Positions 10,474 to 19,900 of a stretch of 64,000 nucleotides of DNA are shown here, piece after piece. This DNA comes from an uncultured Acidobacteriota bacterium (GTDB lineage: Bacteria; Acidobacteriota; Terriglobia; Terriglobales; Acidobacteriaceae). The notes beneath the pieces were generated by a model that saw only the letters and a program-made list of their open reading frames with translations, made no database searches and was not told the origin of the DNA. The stretch's first letter is position 1. The number at the start of each line of letters is the position of its first letter. The stretch covers positions 11,217-75,216 of the forward strand of contig CAWBRT010000004.1 of assembly GCA_963791145.1 (NCBI GenBank), read 5' to 3'. The translations under genes were made by a program, and so were the position numbers.

Positions 10474-11580
10474 ATGAAAAGAGAAGCTTGTGCCGTATTG
10501 CTGGAAGAGTTCAATAAGCCATTTCGCGTTAAGACATTTGAGATACCGGAGGTGAAGAAGGGGTGTGCCCTGGTCAAGGTCGAGTTCGGAGGCATTTGCG
10601 GAACCGATGGTCACCTCCAGCAGGGCAAGCTGCCGATTCCTCTACCTATCATTCTGGGCCACGAGGCTGTCGGAATCATCGCCGAACTCGGCGAGGGGGT
10701 GACCCAGGACGTTACCGGAAATCCGATTGCGGTGGGCGATCGAGTCATATGGGCGTCGAGTATTCCCTGCGGCCAATGCTACTGGTGTAAAATCGTCCGC
10801 GAACGCAATCTTTGCGCAACCCGCAAGGTTTACGGCATCAATCAGCCCGCTGACAAGTGGCCATTCATCTCCGGAAGTTGGGGAGAGTATGCCTATCTTC
10901 AGGAAGGATCCTGCATTATCAAGGTGCCCGAGGGGCTCACCGGCGAAGACGTGATTGCGCTCGGCTGCGCCGGTCCTACGGCTGTCAACGGCGTTATCTA
11001 TAACACAAAAGTAAGCCTGGGTGACACCGTGGTTGTCCAGGGATCAGGACCGGTGGGAGTCGCAGCGGCCATCTACGCCAGAATCTGCGGCGCCAAGAAG
11101 ATCATTATGGTCGGCGGGCCCGAGAACCGTCTCAAGGTTGCCAAAGACATGGGCATTGCCGATGTGACGTTCGACATTTTCACCATGACCGATGGAGCTG
11201 AGCGGATCAAGAGCGTTCTGGCGGAGACAACGGACAACCGGGGCGCGGACGTATGTCTGGAGTGTACCGGCACCCCGGCTGCGGTCCCGGAAGGTTTTGA
11301 AATGGTCCGGCGGAAAGCCCACTACCTGGTGCTTGGCCAGTACACTGACAAGGGGTCTACCCCAATCAATCCACATGTCATTACGAGAAAGGAATTGATC
11401 GTTACTGGTTCTTGGGCGAGGGCTGAGGTCCACGACGTGAAATACGTCGAGTCTCTTCCCGAAATAAAGAAACGAATCAACTTGGGCAGCCTGGTAACGT
11501 CATTTGCCATGAAGGATATCAACGAGGCGGTCGAAAGTGTCCGGGCAGGCAAGGTGATCAAGGCCGCTTTGAAATTCTGA
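10474..11580 (+). CDS. Zinc-dependent alcohol dehydrogenase (MDR superfamily)
   Basis: GHEAVG catalytic-zinc motif, a structural-zinc cysteine cluster (CGQCYWC) and the Rossmann motif VQGSGPVG. Confidence 0.8.
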   Translation: MKREACAVLLEEFNKPFRVKTFEIPEVKKGCALVKVEFGGICGTDGHLQQGKLPIPLPIILGHEAVGIIAELGEGVTQDVTGNPIAVGDRVIWASSIPCGQCYWCKIVRERNLCATRKVYGINQPADKWPFISGSWGEYAYLQEGSCIIKVPEGLTGEDVIALGCAGPTAVNGVIYNTKVSLGDTVVVQGSGPVGVAAAIYARICGAKKIIMVGGPENRLKVAKDMGIADVTFDIFTMTDGAERIKSVLAETTDNRGADVCLECTGTPAAVPEGFEMVRRKAHYLVLGQYTDKGSTPINPHVITRKELIVTGSWARAEVHDVKYVESLPEIKKRINLGSLVTSFAMKDINEAVESVRAGKVIKAALKF

Positions 11581-11673
11581 TCCGTTTCGAAAAGCTGCCG
11601 GGAGATTGCGGTTGTAGTTCTCGTCGCAGGAGCTATAACCGCGACGAATTACTCTTGGAGAAAGGAGGGCCAT

Positions 11674-12672
11674 TTGCATTCACAGCAGATGACCTACGTC
11701 AAGCTTAGGCAATACGGTCCGCCGGAGGGCTTGGTTGCCGACTATGCTGAAGTTCCCGCTCCCCGCGAAGGCGAGGTGTTGATCAAAGTGGCCGCCGCGG
11801 GCGTGAATCGGCCGGATGTGTTGCAGAGGCTCGGCATTTATGCGCCTCCGCCCGGAGCTTCCGATGTCTTGGGGCTGGAAGTGTCCGGCACCGTGGCTGC
11901 GCTCGGAGAGCATGTCCAAACGTGGAAGATCGGTGACAAGGTCTGTGCGCTGGTAGCTGGAGGCGGTTACGCTGAGTATTGTCTGGCCCCCGCTCCGCAG
12001 TGCCTCTCCGTGCCCAAAAGGCTCAGCATGGTTGAAGCAGCAGGCATTCCGGAAACGTTCTTCACCGTATGGACGAATGTTTTTGAACGTGGAAGGCTTC
12101 AGGCGGGAGAGAAGATCCTGATCCATGGAGGATCGAGCGGCATTGGCACCACCGCAATCCAGCTTGCGAAGCAGTTCGGGGCAGAGGTGTTCACCACCGC
12201 GGGCAGCGAAGATAAGTGCCTCTTTTGCAAGAAGCTGGGCGCCGACGTGGCGATCAACTATCGCACCAGCGATTTCGTCGAGGAGGTCAAGAAGCGCACT
12301 GGCGGAGATGGGGTCGATCTGATTCTCGATATGGTGGGTGGTCCCTACATCGAGAAGAACATCAAGTCGCTTAAGGTTGAAGGGCGCCTGGTGCAGATCG
12401 CCTTTTTGCAGGCGAGCAGGGTTACACTCGATTTCATGCCGATCATGTTGAAGCGCTTGACCTTCACCGGTTCCACGCTCCGTCCGCGCACGGTCGAGCA
12501 GAAATCCGAAATTGCGAAAGCGCTGAGGCAGAAGGTGTGGCCGCTTCTGGAAGCAGGGAAGGTGAAGCCGATCATCCACTCAACCTTTCCGCTCGCCGAG
12601 GCCGCCGCGGCGCATCGGCTGATGGAAAGCAGCCAGCACATCGGGAAAATCATACTGACGGTGGAATCATGA
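11674..12672 (+). CDS. NAD(P)H:quinone oxidoreductase (zeta-crystallin/Qor family, MDR)
   Basis: No zinc ligands; Rossmann motif IHGGSSGIGTTAIQLAK; typical Qor length and layout. Confidence 0.75.
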   Translation: MHSQQMTYVKLRQYGPPEGLVADYAEVPAPREGEVLIKVAAAGVNRPDVLQRLGIYAPPPGASDVLGLEVSGTVAALGEHVQTWKIGDKVCALVAGGGYAEYCLAPAPQCLSVPKRLSMVEAAGIPETFFTVWTNVFERGRLQAGEKILIHGGSSGIGTTAIQLAKQFGAEVFTTAGSEDKCLFCKKLGADVAINYRTSDFVEEVKKRTGGDGVDLILDMVGGPYIEKNIKSLKVEGRLVQIAFLQASRVTLDFMPIMLKRLTFTGSTLRPRTVEQKSEIAKALRQKVWPLLEAGKVKPIIHSTFPLAEAAAAHRLMESSQHIGKIILTVES

Positions 12673-13433
12673 AAAGCCATGCAAACAGGGTCGTACTGGT
12701 TACGGGCGCCGCCAGCGGCATCGGTCAAAGTATCGCCGAAGCGTTCGCTCAACATGGCGCGGCGGTCGGCGCGCTCGATTGCAACCTGGAGAGTCTGGAA
12801 CGCACGGTTGCCCGCTTGCGGTCGTGCGGATTGGCAGTTCACGGATGCCAGGCCAGCGTTGAAGATTTCGATTCGGTGAGTTCCGCCTGCGCCGAACTGG
12901 AAAAAGTCCTGGGCCCCATCGACACGATCATCAATAACGCGGGAATTTCACCCAAGCGCAACGGAGTCCGTGTAGCGACCTGGGACATGGACGTCGAGGA
13001 GTGGAAGCGGGTAGTTGATGTGAATCTTTCCGGTTGCTTCCACACGGTCCGGGTGGTGGCGCCCGGTATGGTCAAGCGGCGTTTCGGGCGCATCGTCAAC
13101 ATGTCGTCGGTCGCCGCCAAAGCTTATCTGACTATGGCAGCGGTGCATTACAGCACGACCAAGGCAGCCTTGATCGGCTTTACCCGACATCTGGCCGGCG
13201 AACTCGGTCCCTATGGAATCACGGCGAACGCCATGGCCCCTGGCCGCATCGATACTCCAATGATGCGCATGGTGGCGGACGAGGTCAATCAGAAAATCCT
13301 CTCGGAGACACCTCTGGGGCGTTTCGGCTTACCCCAGGACGTGGCTAGCCTCGCCCTGTTTCTGACCTCGGCCGATGCCGCTTTTATCACCGGCCAGGTG
13401 ATTGACGTTGCCGGCGGATGGTATATGACCTAA
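12669..13433 (+). CDS. Short-chain dehydrogenase/reductase (SDR family)
   Basis: TGAASGIG cofactor motif, NNAG, and a YSTTK catalytic Tyr-x3-Lys; ATGA overlap with the preceding gene. Confidence 0.85.
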   Translation: MKSHANRVVLVTGAASGIGQSIAEAFAQHGAAVGALDCNLESLERTVARLRSCGLAVHGCQASVEDFDSVSSACAELEKVLGPIDTIINNAGISPKRNGVRVATWDMDVEEWKRVVDVNLSGCFHTVRVVAPGMVKRRFGRIVNMSSVAAKAYLTMAAVHYSTTKAALIGFTRHLAGELGPYGITANAMAPGRIDTPMMRMVADEVNQKILSETPLGRFGLPQDVASLALFLTSADAAFITGQVIDVAGGWYMT

Positions 13434-13446
13434 GCCCCCTTGGATT

Positions 13447-13550
13447 GTAGGAGAGCGAGAGGAAGCCGCCTAAAGCCGGGCGGCTTTATTTTCCGGTATG
13501 TATCTCTGTGGTGGAGTGCTGAACCGAAGGTAAACCGCTGGATCCCACTG
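13447..13550. repeat. ~100-bp direct repeat, copy A (terminator hairpin plus conserved downstream segment)
   Basis: agcgagaggaagccgccNaaagcNgggcggcttt ... ctgaaccNNaggtaaaccgctgga, shared with 14505-14615 at roughly 75% identity. Confidence 0.5.
13458..13495 (+). terminator. Rho-independent terminator after the SDR gene
   Basis: GCCGCCtaaagccGGGCGGC hairpin followed by TTTATTTTCC. Confidence 0.55.
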
Positions 13551-13563
13551 TGTTCCTCGCAAG

Positions 13564-14222
13564 CTATTGATTAAGCCCGCGTTCGTTATAGGTCGCAAGT
13601 TGCAGCTCGAAAACAGCTTTGCGAATCCGACGCAGGTAGATTTCTCTGTTGTCCATAAATTCAAGGCCTACAGCATAGTTCGTCTTCTCAGCGCGGCACC
13701 GGCGGACCACTCCGTTTATGTAGACCATTTGCCCATGAAAATACATCTCCAAGACGATAAGTTCACCGAGGGCAGGCCTATCGCGCGCGATCAGACAAGC
13801 ACCCGATTTGGATAAATCTCGCAAAATGGCCGTTCGCCAAAGCTGACTATCCAGTTGGGAGTATCGTATTTCCACATCACCCATGAGTACGCGAACGGAA
13901 GCGCGGCGCTGAATCTTTTCACCTGCGGTAAGAGGTCTGAGCACGATTCTTGGGGGGCATGGGAGAGAATAGCAGTGATAACGGCTCTGCAAATTGTGAC
14001 CCCGGAGCTGCCCGGCTTCTGCAAGAGGGCTTTTGTGCCGACCTTGCAGCTCGATAAAAAGCTACCCGTCGAGTCTGTGATCATCAGTACAACCTTGTCA
14101 TTTCGAAGCTCGTTGATCACTGCGGTGTGCAAGTTTCCTGCATCGTCCTTTATGGACGCAAAGTCTCCCCCAGCTTTGGTACGAATTGCAACACGGTCAT
14201 TGATCTTAACTTGGCTCAGCAC
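13564..14222 (-). CDS. PilZ-domain protein; coding sequence spans two frames, so a probable frameshift near 13990
   Basis: C-terminal frame (13564-13992) carries the PilZ motifs RRASVRV ... DLSKSGACL; the N-terminal ~85 aa lie in the overlapping ORF 13791-14222. Confidence 0.5.
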
Positions 14223-14299
14223 TTGCTTGCGCCTTTTCTTTATCTCAGCAGTAACGGGAAGTATGACCTTTCTGCCAAAGAGTATTATCGGCAGCTGAC

Positions 14300-14464
14300 A
14301 TGGTTTCCATCACTCGGAGCGATTATTTTGGATACGAGCAGGAGGAAGCGCGAAAGATCCCGGGTGATGATCGCATACTCGCGGCCCAAGCCATCGTGGA
14401 GGGCATTACGCTGCTTACGAATGACCGTAAGCTTCGCGATTACCCAGGCCCAATACGGAAGGGG
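14300..14464 (+). pseudogene. C-terminal stub of a PIN-domain (VapC) toxin
   Basis: ...PGDDRILAAQAIVEGITLLTNDRKLRDYP matches the C-terminal helix/strand of PIN toxins (compare D-IAATA-LVT-D-F); no N-terminal half and no antitoxin are present. Confidence 0.4.
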
Positions 14465-14504
14465 TGATCGAATCTCAGGACCCCGGACACTCGGGTTTCA
14501 TTTT

Positions 14505-14615
14505 ATTCTAGCGAGAGGAAGCCGCCCAAAGCTGGGCGGCTTTTCCATTTGCGGTATTCCTCTTCCTGGGAGGCTGCTGAACCACAGGTAAACCGCTGGA
14601 CCTCAGACGTTGATG
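14505..14615. repeat. ~100-bp direct repeat, copy B (includes a perfect 8-bp-stem terminator hairpin GCCGCCCAaagcTGGGCGGC followed by TTTT)
   Basis: Shares the hairpin and downstream tail with copy A; lies just after the VapC stub. Confidence 0.5.
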
Positions 14616-15024
14616 GGTTCAGCTGGGCCTGCACTGCGGAGGTACGCTGGCCCAGCGAGGAAACTGTCGGTCCTATTGCTCGAATTGCGACTCGGGCGGT
14701 TAGCGGCGGCACCAGTTCACCTTGGCGTCGAGGCCGCAGGCGCTTGAGCTGACCATGGCGCCACACAGACGCAGAAGGTGGCTTTCACACGGAGGGTTCG
14801 GTCCCCAGCCTCGGGGCTGGCCATGTCTGGACGAGCTACTAGAGCGCGATGCTCAGGACTGCGCTGCAGCACTAAGCATGTCCTTCTGAACCAACTCCGG
14901 ACTGCGGTGGAGGTTGAACACCTCTTCGCCCGATCACGACGAAGCTGCTGAAGAATCGTCCATACTGGCCATCAAATTCTTCTTGCGTACTTACTTCGAA
15001 GGAGTGTACCTTATACGGTACATT

Positions 15025-15423
15025 GTGAAAACGAAGCGTCCAATTGCGGTACTCGGCAGTCGTGACGCTCCGCAGAAGCGGATCAGTGCCATCTTCTATC
15101 GAGCGGAGTCCGGAGGCGAGCCCGTTCGCGATTGGCTCAGGAGTCTTCGCAAGGAAGAGCGGAAATTGATAGGCAAGGACATTATGACTGTCGAGTTTGG
15201 GTGGCCCGTCGGGATGCCTGTGTCGCGGCCGCTTGGGCAAGGATTGCACGAAGTCAGAACGAATTTGCCGGGAAACAGGACTGCGCGAGTGTTGTTCTAC
15301 ATCGACCGACTCAACCGGATGGTGTTGCTCCACGGGTTTATCAAGAAGACGGCGGTAACGCCAGCGGACGATCTGAAGCTGGCACGCAGCAACAAAGCGA
15401 AACACCAGCGAGGACTGAAATGA
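15025..15423 (+). CDS. HigB-like toxin of the RelE/ParE superfamily (phage Gp49-like)
   Basis: GTG start; ...VLFYIDRLNRMVLLHGFIKKT motif typical of Gp49/HigB-type toxins; ATGA overlap with the downstream XRE gene. Confidence 0.6.
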   Translation: MKTKRPIAVLGSRDAPQKRISAIFYRAESGGEPVRDWLRSLRKEERKLIGKDIMTVEFGWPVGMPVSRPLGQGLHEVRTNLPGNRTARVLFYIDRLNRMVLLHGFIKKTAVTPADDLKLARSNKAKHQRGLK

Positions 15424-15827
15424 GCAGCACCAAGAGATTCGATCACAGTGGATCAGCGTTCGATAGCTTTCTCGAAGAAGAGGGTGTTCTTGCGGAGACT
15501 GAGGCCGTCGCGCTGAAGAGAGTGATCGCCTGGCAGATCGAGCAGGTAATGGCAGCCAAGAGAATCACCAAGAACGTCATGGCTAAGCGCCTCTTCACAA
15601 GCCGAACGCAGATTGATCGACTGCTCAACCCCTCTCACGTAGGCGTGAGCATCGAGACCATAGCGCGCGCAGCGAAGGCTGTCGGGAAACGAGTAATATT
15701 CCAGATTGTAGATGCAGAGATTGTTCACCACCGGTTCAAGGAGACCAAGAGTGGTGCAAAACTGACGCGCGGAAAGTCTGTAAGACCTGCGAAAACTCAG
15801 CGCAAGAATGTTGCCCGAGCCGGTTAG
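15420..15827 (+). CDS. XRE-family helix-turn-helix antitoxin (HigA-like)
   Basis: HTH segment ITKNVMAKRLFTSRTQIDRLLNPSHVGVSIETIARAAKAVG; coupled to the upstream toxin. Confidence 0.65.
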   Translation: MSSTKRFDHSGSAFDSFLEEEGVLAETEAVALKRVIAWQIEQVMAAKRITKNVMAKRLFTSRTQIDRLLNPSHVGVSIETIARAAKAVGKRVIFQIVDAEIVHHRFKETKSGAKLTRGKSVRPAKTQRKNVARAG

Positions 15828-16897
15828 CGGTTCTCGGCGCGACACGACTACAGATGGCTATCGACGCCAGCTTACCGAGCCAACAGAGCGGTGCGGAAAG
15901 GCACGCGCGGCTAAGCTTACACCTGAGCAGCGAAGTGAGAGCGCAAGGAAGGCAGCAATGGCCCGTTGGGAAGCTAAGCGTCGAGACAGGCAATAGCTGT
16001 ATTTTTGTGCAGGTGCGATGGAGCCGCCCATGTCTGGGAGGCTCTTTCCATTTATGGCCGCTTTTTCCCAGCAGGCCCTACGGAACGATCGCCCAATAGA
16101 TATTCATCTGGGCCAGTGCTTTGATGGCATGCCGATCTCGCTGCCAAAGAGCGACCTATTGGCGCCTACGCTGCAAGCGCTCAAGCCGGCTACGTCCTGT
16201 TCTTATTTAGAAAACCAAAACCACCTCGGCTACACCGTGCCGGCGCGACAAACCGAGATAGTGCGAAGCGCCGTGCTGCCGGGGCGGGCGTTCGAGCTGA
16301 CCCACAGCCGGTACAGCTGACGACACGAAACGACCTTCATGCCACAGCATCAGGTCTGTAGCCTCCCAGCCGGGTAAACGCGCCTAGGCAATTTGCAAGG
16401 CGGAAGCGGTGCGGGGATTGTAATCTCCTTATCCCAAGTGAAATCTGTTTTCCACAGCCTTCTATATTGACAAGCAATGTTACGCTTGTACCAGCTACGT
16501 GCTCCTTTTCGCCTGCGGCGACGCCCATCGTCCCGTTAAAGTGGAGGTCGCGAAGAGGTCACTGGTTCCTGGCGGCTCGGGGAGCCACCCGGGAAACAAA
16601 GGCTGAAGTTCCGTCCCCGGTGCGGATGAAGTCGACCGGTGAAATGCTCCCCCCATCCGATCTCGGTTGGTCTACACCAGTAGACTGCGCAAAATCCGAA
16701 AAACCTTAATTTAGCGTCCTGCTCGCAACCGCTGCGCAGCAGGTGAGCGCATTTCTCTGCCTAAAAAGGCAGAAGGGAGAAAATATGGACCCGCATGATG
16801 AATACCTGAGCTGAATGCTGACGCACAACCCAAGAACCCCGAGCAAAACGGGTCCTCAAATGGAGCAAACGGGAGCAAACCGAAGCGGCGACATACG

Positions 16898-17674
16898 ATG
16901 ACCGAAAAGCGGCTCAAGGCAAACCGCGAGAATGCGAAATGTTCGACAGGGCCACGCACTCCAGAAGGGAAGAGGGCCGCGTGTTTCAACGCCGTCAAGG
17001 ATGGCATCCTCGCAAAAGATGTTATCGGTTCGGGCCGAATCGTGGGCGAATCTTTGGAGGGAAATGTGGCCTTTGTTTCCGAGCTGGTTGAAGATTGCGA
17101 GCCGGTCGGGAAATTCGAGCGAGCATTAGCCGTGGATATTGCGGGCTACTTCATTTGTAAGCAGCGCGCTGATCGGGCTGAGCAGGCCGCAATCGAAATT
17201 GCACAGCGCGAGTCTGACTCAATGGAAACCATAGAATCATTGCAACGTAGTGCACTAGCGGCGAAGTTTCCAAAATCGTTGTCGGCCAGGGGGGATGTCC
17301 TTCGCTCACTAGTTGCGGTTCAGTACCTCATTAATCGTTGCGCAGAGGCCTTGCAGCAATTGGAATCGGGCCAGATTAACAAACATACATTGGGCGAACT
17401 GGACCGGTTCTTGGGGACTGATTTCGTCGATAGGATTGCGACACCTTCAGAGTTGCCCGGACTCTTCGCGGAGCTCAAGTCCGCATTGGAACAATCGGCG
17501 GCGGGGCTTCAAAAGAAGCGAGCCTTGCTCAAGTTGAGTAAGAGCCTACCTGAAGCTCTTGATCGCATCATCAGATACAAATCGATGGTCCATCGTCACC
17601 TAATGCAGACCATGCAACAGCTAGCCACACTACAACAATGCCGGCGGCAGCGGAAGGAGGAGCAAAATGACTGA
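16898..17674 (+). CDS. Hypothetical protein (258 aa, helical); no family recognised
   Basis: Long ORF with coding-like composition; stop overlaps the start of the next gene (ATGACTGA). Confidence 0.5.
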   Translation: MTEKRLKANRENAKCSTGPRTPEGKRAACFNAVKDGILAKDVIGSGRIVGESLEGNVAFVSELVEDCEPVGKFERALAVDIAGYFICKQRADRAEQAAIEIAQRESDSMETIESLQRSALAAKFPKSLSARGDVLRSLVAVQYLINRCAEALQQLESGQINKHTLGELDRFLGTDFVDRIATPSELPGLFAELKSALEQSAAGLQKKRALLKLSKSLPEALDRIIRYKSMVHRHLMQTMQQLATLQQCRRQRKEEQND

Positions 17675-18365
17675 CTCGCAAAAGGAAGTTAATGCAGATG
17701 AATTGGCGGTGCTTGAATGGCTTACGGATCATCTCCTAGCTAGTTTTGACCTTGAGGCCGAGATCGAGTATTTGAAGGTCAAGCACGAGCTTCAATCGTA
17801 CTCGCAAATGCCAAAATCACAACGGCCACAGCCGAGGTCAGCGGGCCAAGAATTTTCTGGGATCGATAGCAAACCAAAATATGATGGCATTCAGCGGTTC
17901 GAAATGACTGGCGAGGAGTGGCAGGCGTTAGCTGAAAGAGTACGAAAGAAGTGGGAGAAAAAACGAGATGAGGAGTTAGCCAAGAAAGCCAAGCAGGTGG
18001 AGCAGCAAGAAAATTCGTATACCACGGCTTCGGTTCCGGTGCCTACACTGCCTCCCGGACACGTAACCTGGGCGGAAGGACCTGTTCCCCCGCGGAGAGA
18101 CGGACCACCGGATACTAATAATTCGGCCATTCAGAAGCCAGCTTCTACACCACCTGCTTCGGAACCGAACACAACCAAGTCGTCGTTGCAACCAGCTACT
18201 CCCGAGTCGACTGGAAGGAGTGCTCCGGCGAGCCCCGAACTTCGGCCGCGAAACCCCCTCTTCGACGGACCAATTCGGTGGCGCCATTCGGATGAAACGC
18301 GCCGCGAACGCCTTTATGAGCGAGCACCGAATGGCGAAATTCGTGAACTTGATCCCCAGAATTAA
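17667..18365 (+). CDS. Hypothetical protein (232 aa) with a charged coiled-coil centre and Pro/Ser/Thr-rich tail
   Basis: Translationally coupled to 16898-17674. Confidence 0.45.
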   Translation: MTDSQKEVNADELAVLEWLTDHLLASFDLEAEIEYLKVKHELQSYSQMPKSQRPQPRSAGQEFSGIDSKPKYDGIQRFEMTGEEWQALAERVRKKWEKKRDEELAKKAKQVEQQENSYTTASVPVPTLPPGHVTWAEGPVPPRRDGPPDTNNSAIQKPASTPPASEPNTTKSSLQPATPESTGRSAPASPELRPRNPLFDGPIRWRHSDETRRERLYERAPNGEIRELDPQN

Positions 18366-18713
18366 GCTTGATTGATTTCGTACAGAGGGAGCCGAAAAAG
18401 GATTTTTCGGCCCCTCCTATTCCTGACACATACGAGCACAGGCCGCAAATGGGAAGCTGCGGCCGTGTTCGAGGCTACCCGTGATCCGGTTGCGAGTGCC
18501 GTTTTGATGGCGGCTATCGCCAGAAAACCAAGAGGAGTACAACAGTCCAAAGAGGCAAAGCGACCCACCAGCTTTGGGCGCGGGGCTGGCCAGCAGCATC
18601 TGTCCACAACCAGGAAAGCGAGAGAGAGGAGCTGTAAGACTGCTGCGAGGAGAAGAGCGTAGCCACGTGCTAGCCTCTTTGGGAGTCCACCGCAGTCGGT
18701 CGCGGAAAGTGGC

Positions 18714-19115
18714 CTACCAGATGGTGTCCACGACCTTTGCTGCCCGAATACACTCGTCGGCCGTGACCAATGGGCACCCTTCGATGATGGCGGTAGAACC
18801 GATCAAACGGTCGGCGGGGTCTTTCGGATAGTTTGCCGGGAGCCGTACAGCCAGGGCGGCAATTTCGGGGGTCAAGGGGCGGAGAATGACCCTTGAAACG
18901 GTTTCGCGGACAAACGACTCCACCGTGCCGGCAACATGGATGCGCCCATGCTGCGCGAGCCAGGCCAGCTCCCATAGTGTGATCGTCGCTACGGCGAGAG
19001 CGCTGCTCTGGCGTGCCTTGCGGATTGCTTCCCGGGCCTTCCTGGAGAGCCGTTTCGGCTCGGCAGCCATCCAGATGAGGGTGTGAGTGTCGAGCAGGAT
19101 CATTTGTTCTCCCAA
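18714..19115 (-). CDS. vapC: PIN-domain toxin VapC
   Basis: ILLDTHTLIW ... PADRLIGSTAIIEGCPLVTADE; classic PIN acidic residues. Confidence 0.8.
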   Translation of the reverse strand: MGEQMILLDTHTLIWMAAEPKRLSRKAREAIRKARQSSALAVATITLWELAWLAQHGRIHVAGTVESFVRETVSRVILRPLTPEIAALAVRLPANYPKDPADRLIGSTAIIEGCPLVTADECIRAAKVVDTIW

Positions 19116-19330
19116 TCTTCCAGCGGCGTGACGGGCGCGACGATGTCACCGAGAATCGTCACTTTTCCAGCCATATAGCCAAAAACCTCATCCCCGGTCG
19201 ATTCGGCCGGGACGAGCTTTGCCACCGGCTTGCCGTGCTTTGTAATCAGCACCGGCTCGCCGCTCTGCTGCACCTGGTTCATGATGGCAAGGCATTGAGA
19301 TTTGAAGTGACCTGCGGGTATTTCCTTCAT
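19100..19330 (-). CDS. Phd/YefM-family antitoxin
   Basis: 76 aa; ...GEPVLITKHGKPVAKLVP... is the Phd/YefM signature; overlaps the vapC start. Confidence 0.8.
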   Translation of the reverse strand: MKEIPAGHFKSQCLAIMNQVQQSGEPVLITKHGKPVAKLVPAESTGDEVFGYMAGKVTILGDIVAPVTPLEDWENK

Positions 19331-19380
19331 AAGTGGCGTACCTCAGGATAATGGCCATGGTCATAATATTATGGCCATAG
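19331..19380. promoter_or_regulatory. Palindromic operator upstream of phd-vapC
   Basis: ATAATGGCCATggtcATAATATTATGGCCATagCCAT: repeated self-complementary ATGGCCAT half-sites centred on an AATATT core. Confidence 0.45.
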
Positions 19381-19643
19381 CCATAAAGCAAGCATTTAAC
19401 GCGTCAGGCTGCTAAGTCACCGCAGGGACGTCTGCGCGAAGACGTCGGATAGTTCTTCTCCGGAGATTGGAGGCTGGGAAGACCGGTCTGCGGGATTCTG
19501 CGGATTCCTACTTGTGGCCGAGTCGCTCATTGATCGGGCTGTTTGATACGGTCGGCGATGGCTGTGGGCAGCAGTTCGTTGATTCAACCTCGCAGCCATT
19601 ATCGCGTGGCATTCAGCTTCTTGGCCACGAATCACCTTCAGTT

Positions 19644-19900
19644 TCAGTGATAATCCACGATTTCTACTTCGTAGGTGTCGCTCGCCCGACATTCAAAACA
19701 GATCTGCCATTGGTCATTGATGCGAACGCTGTGCTGTCCTTCCCGGTTGCCGTGCAGTTTCTCCAATAGCCCAATAAGCAGGGAAACCGCCACCGCAAAA
19801 GTAGTGGGTTATTCCCCAGCCCAGCACTCAATGCCTTCTTCAACGGAATGAATAACCCGGAAAGCTCTCCGTAGCGTTCATAAAAGGAAAAGGCCAGCAT
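19644..19900 (-). pseudogene. HigB-type (RelE-family killer) toxin gene with an internal frameshift; the downstream antitoxin is decayed
   Basis: C-terminus ...KLHGNREGQHSVRINDQWQICFECRASDTYEVEIVDYH* is the canonical HigB end; the N-terminal part (MLAFSFYERYG...GLGNNP) sits in another frame, joining near a TTTT run (~19770). Confidence 0.45.

Noticed and set aside
12537-12672. Upstream extension of the SDR ORF to 12537
   Set aside because: The extension overlaps the Qor gene. The ATG at 12669 with ATGA coupling gives the canonical TGAASGIG N-terminus.
15808-15996. 62-aa ORF overlapping the end of the HigA-like gene (KAAMARWEAKRR tail)
   Set aside because: It overlaps the antitoxin in another frame and has no RBS. 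It could be a frameshifted C-terminal extension of the antitoxin, but the evidence is insufficient.
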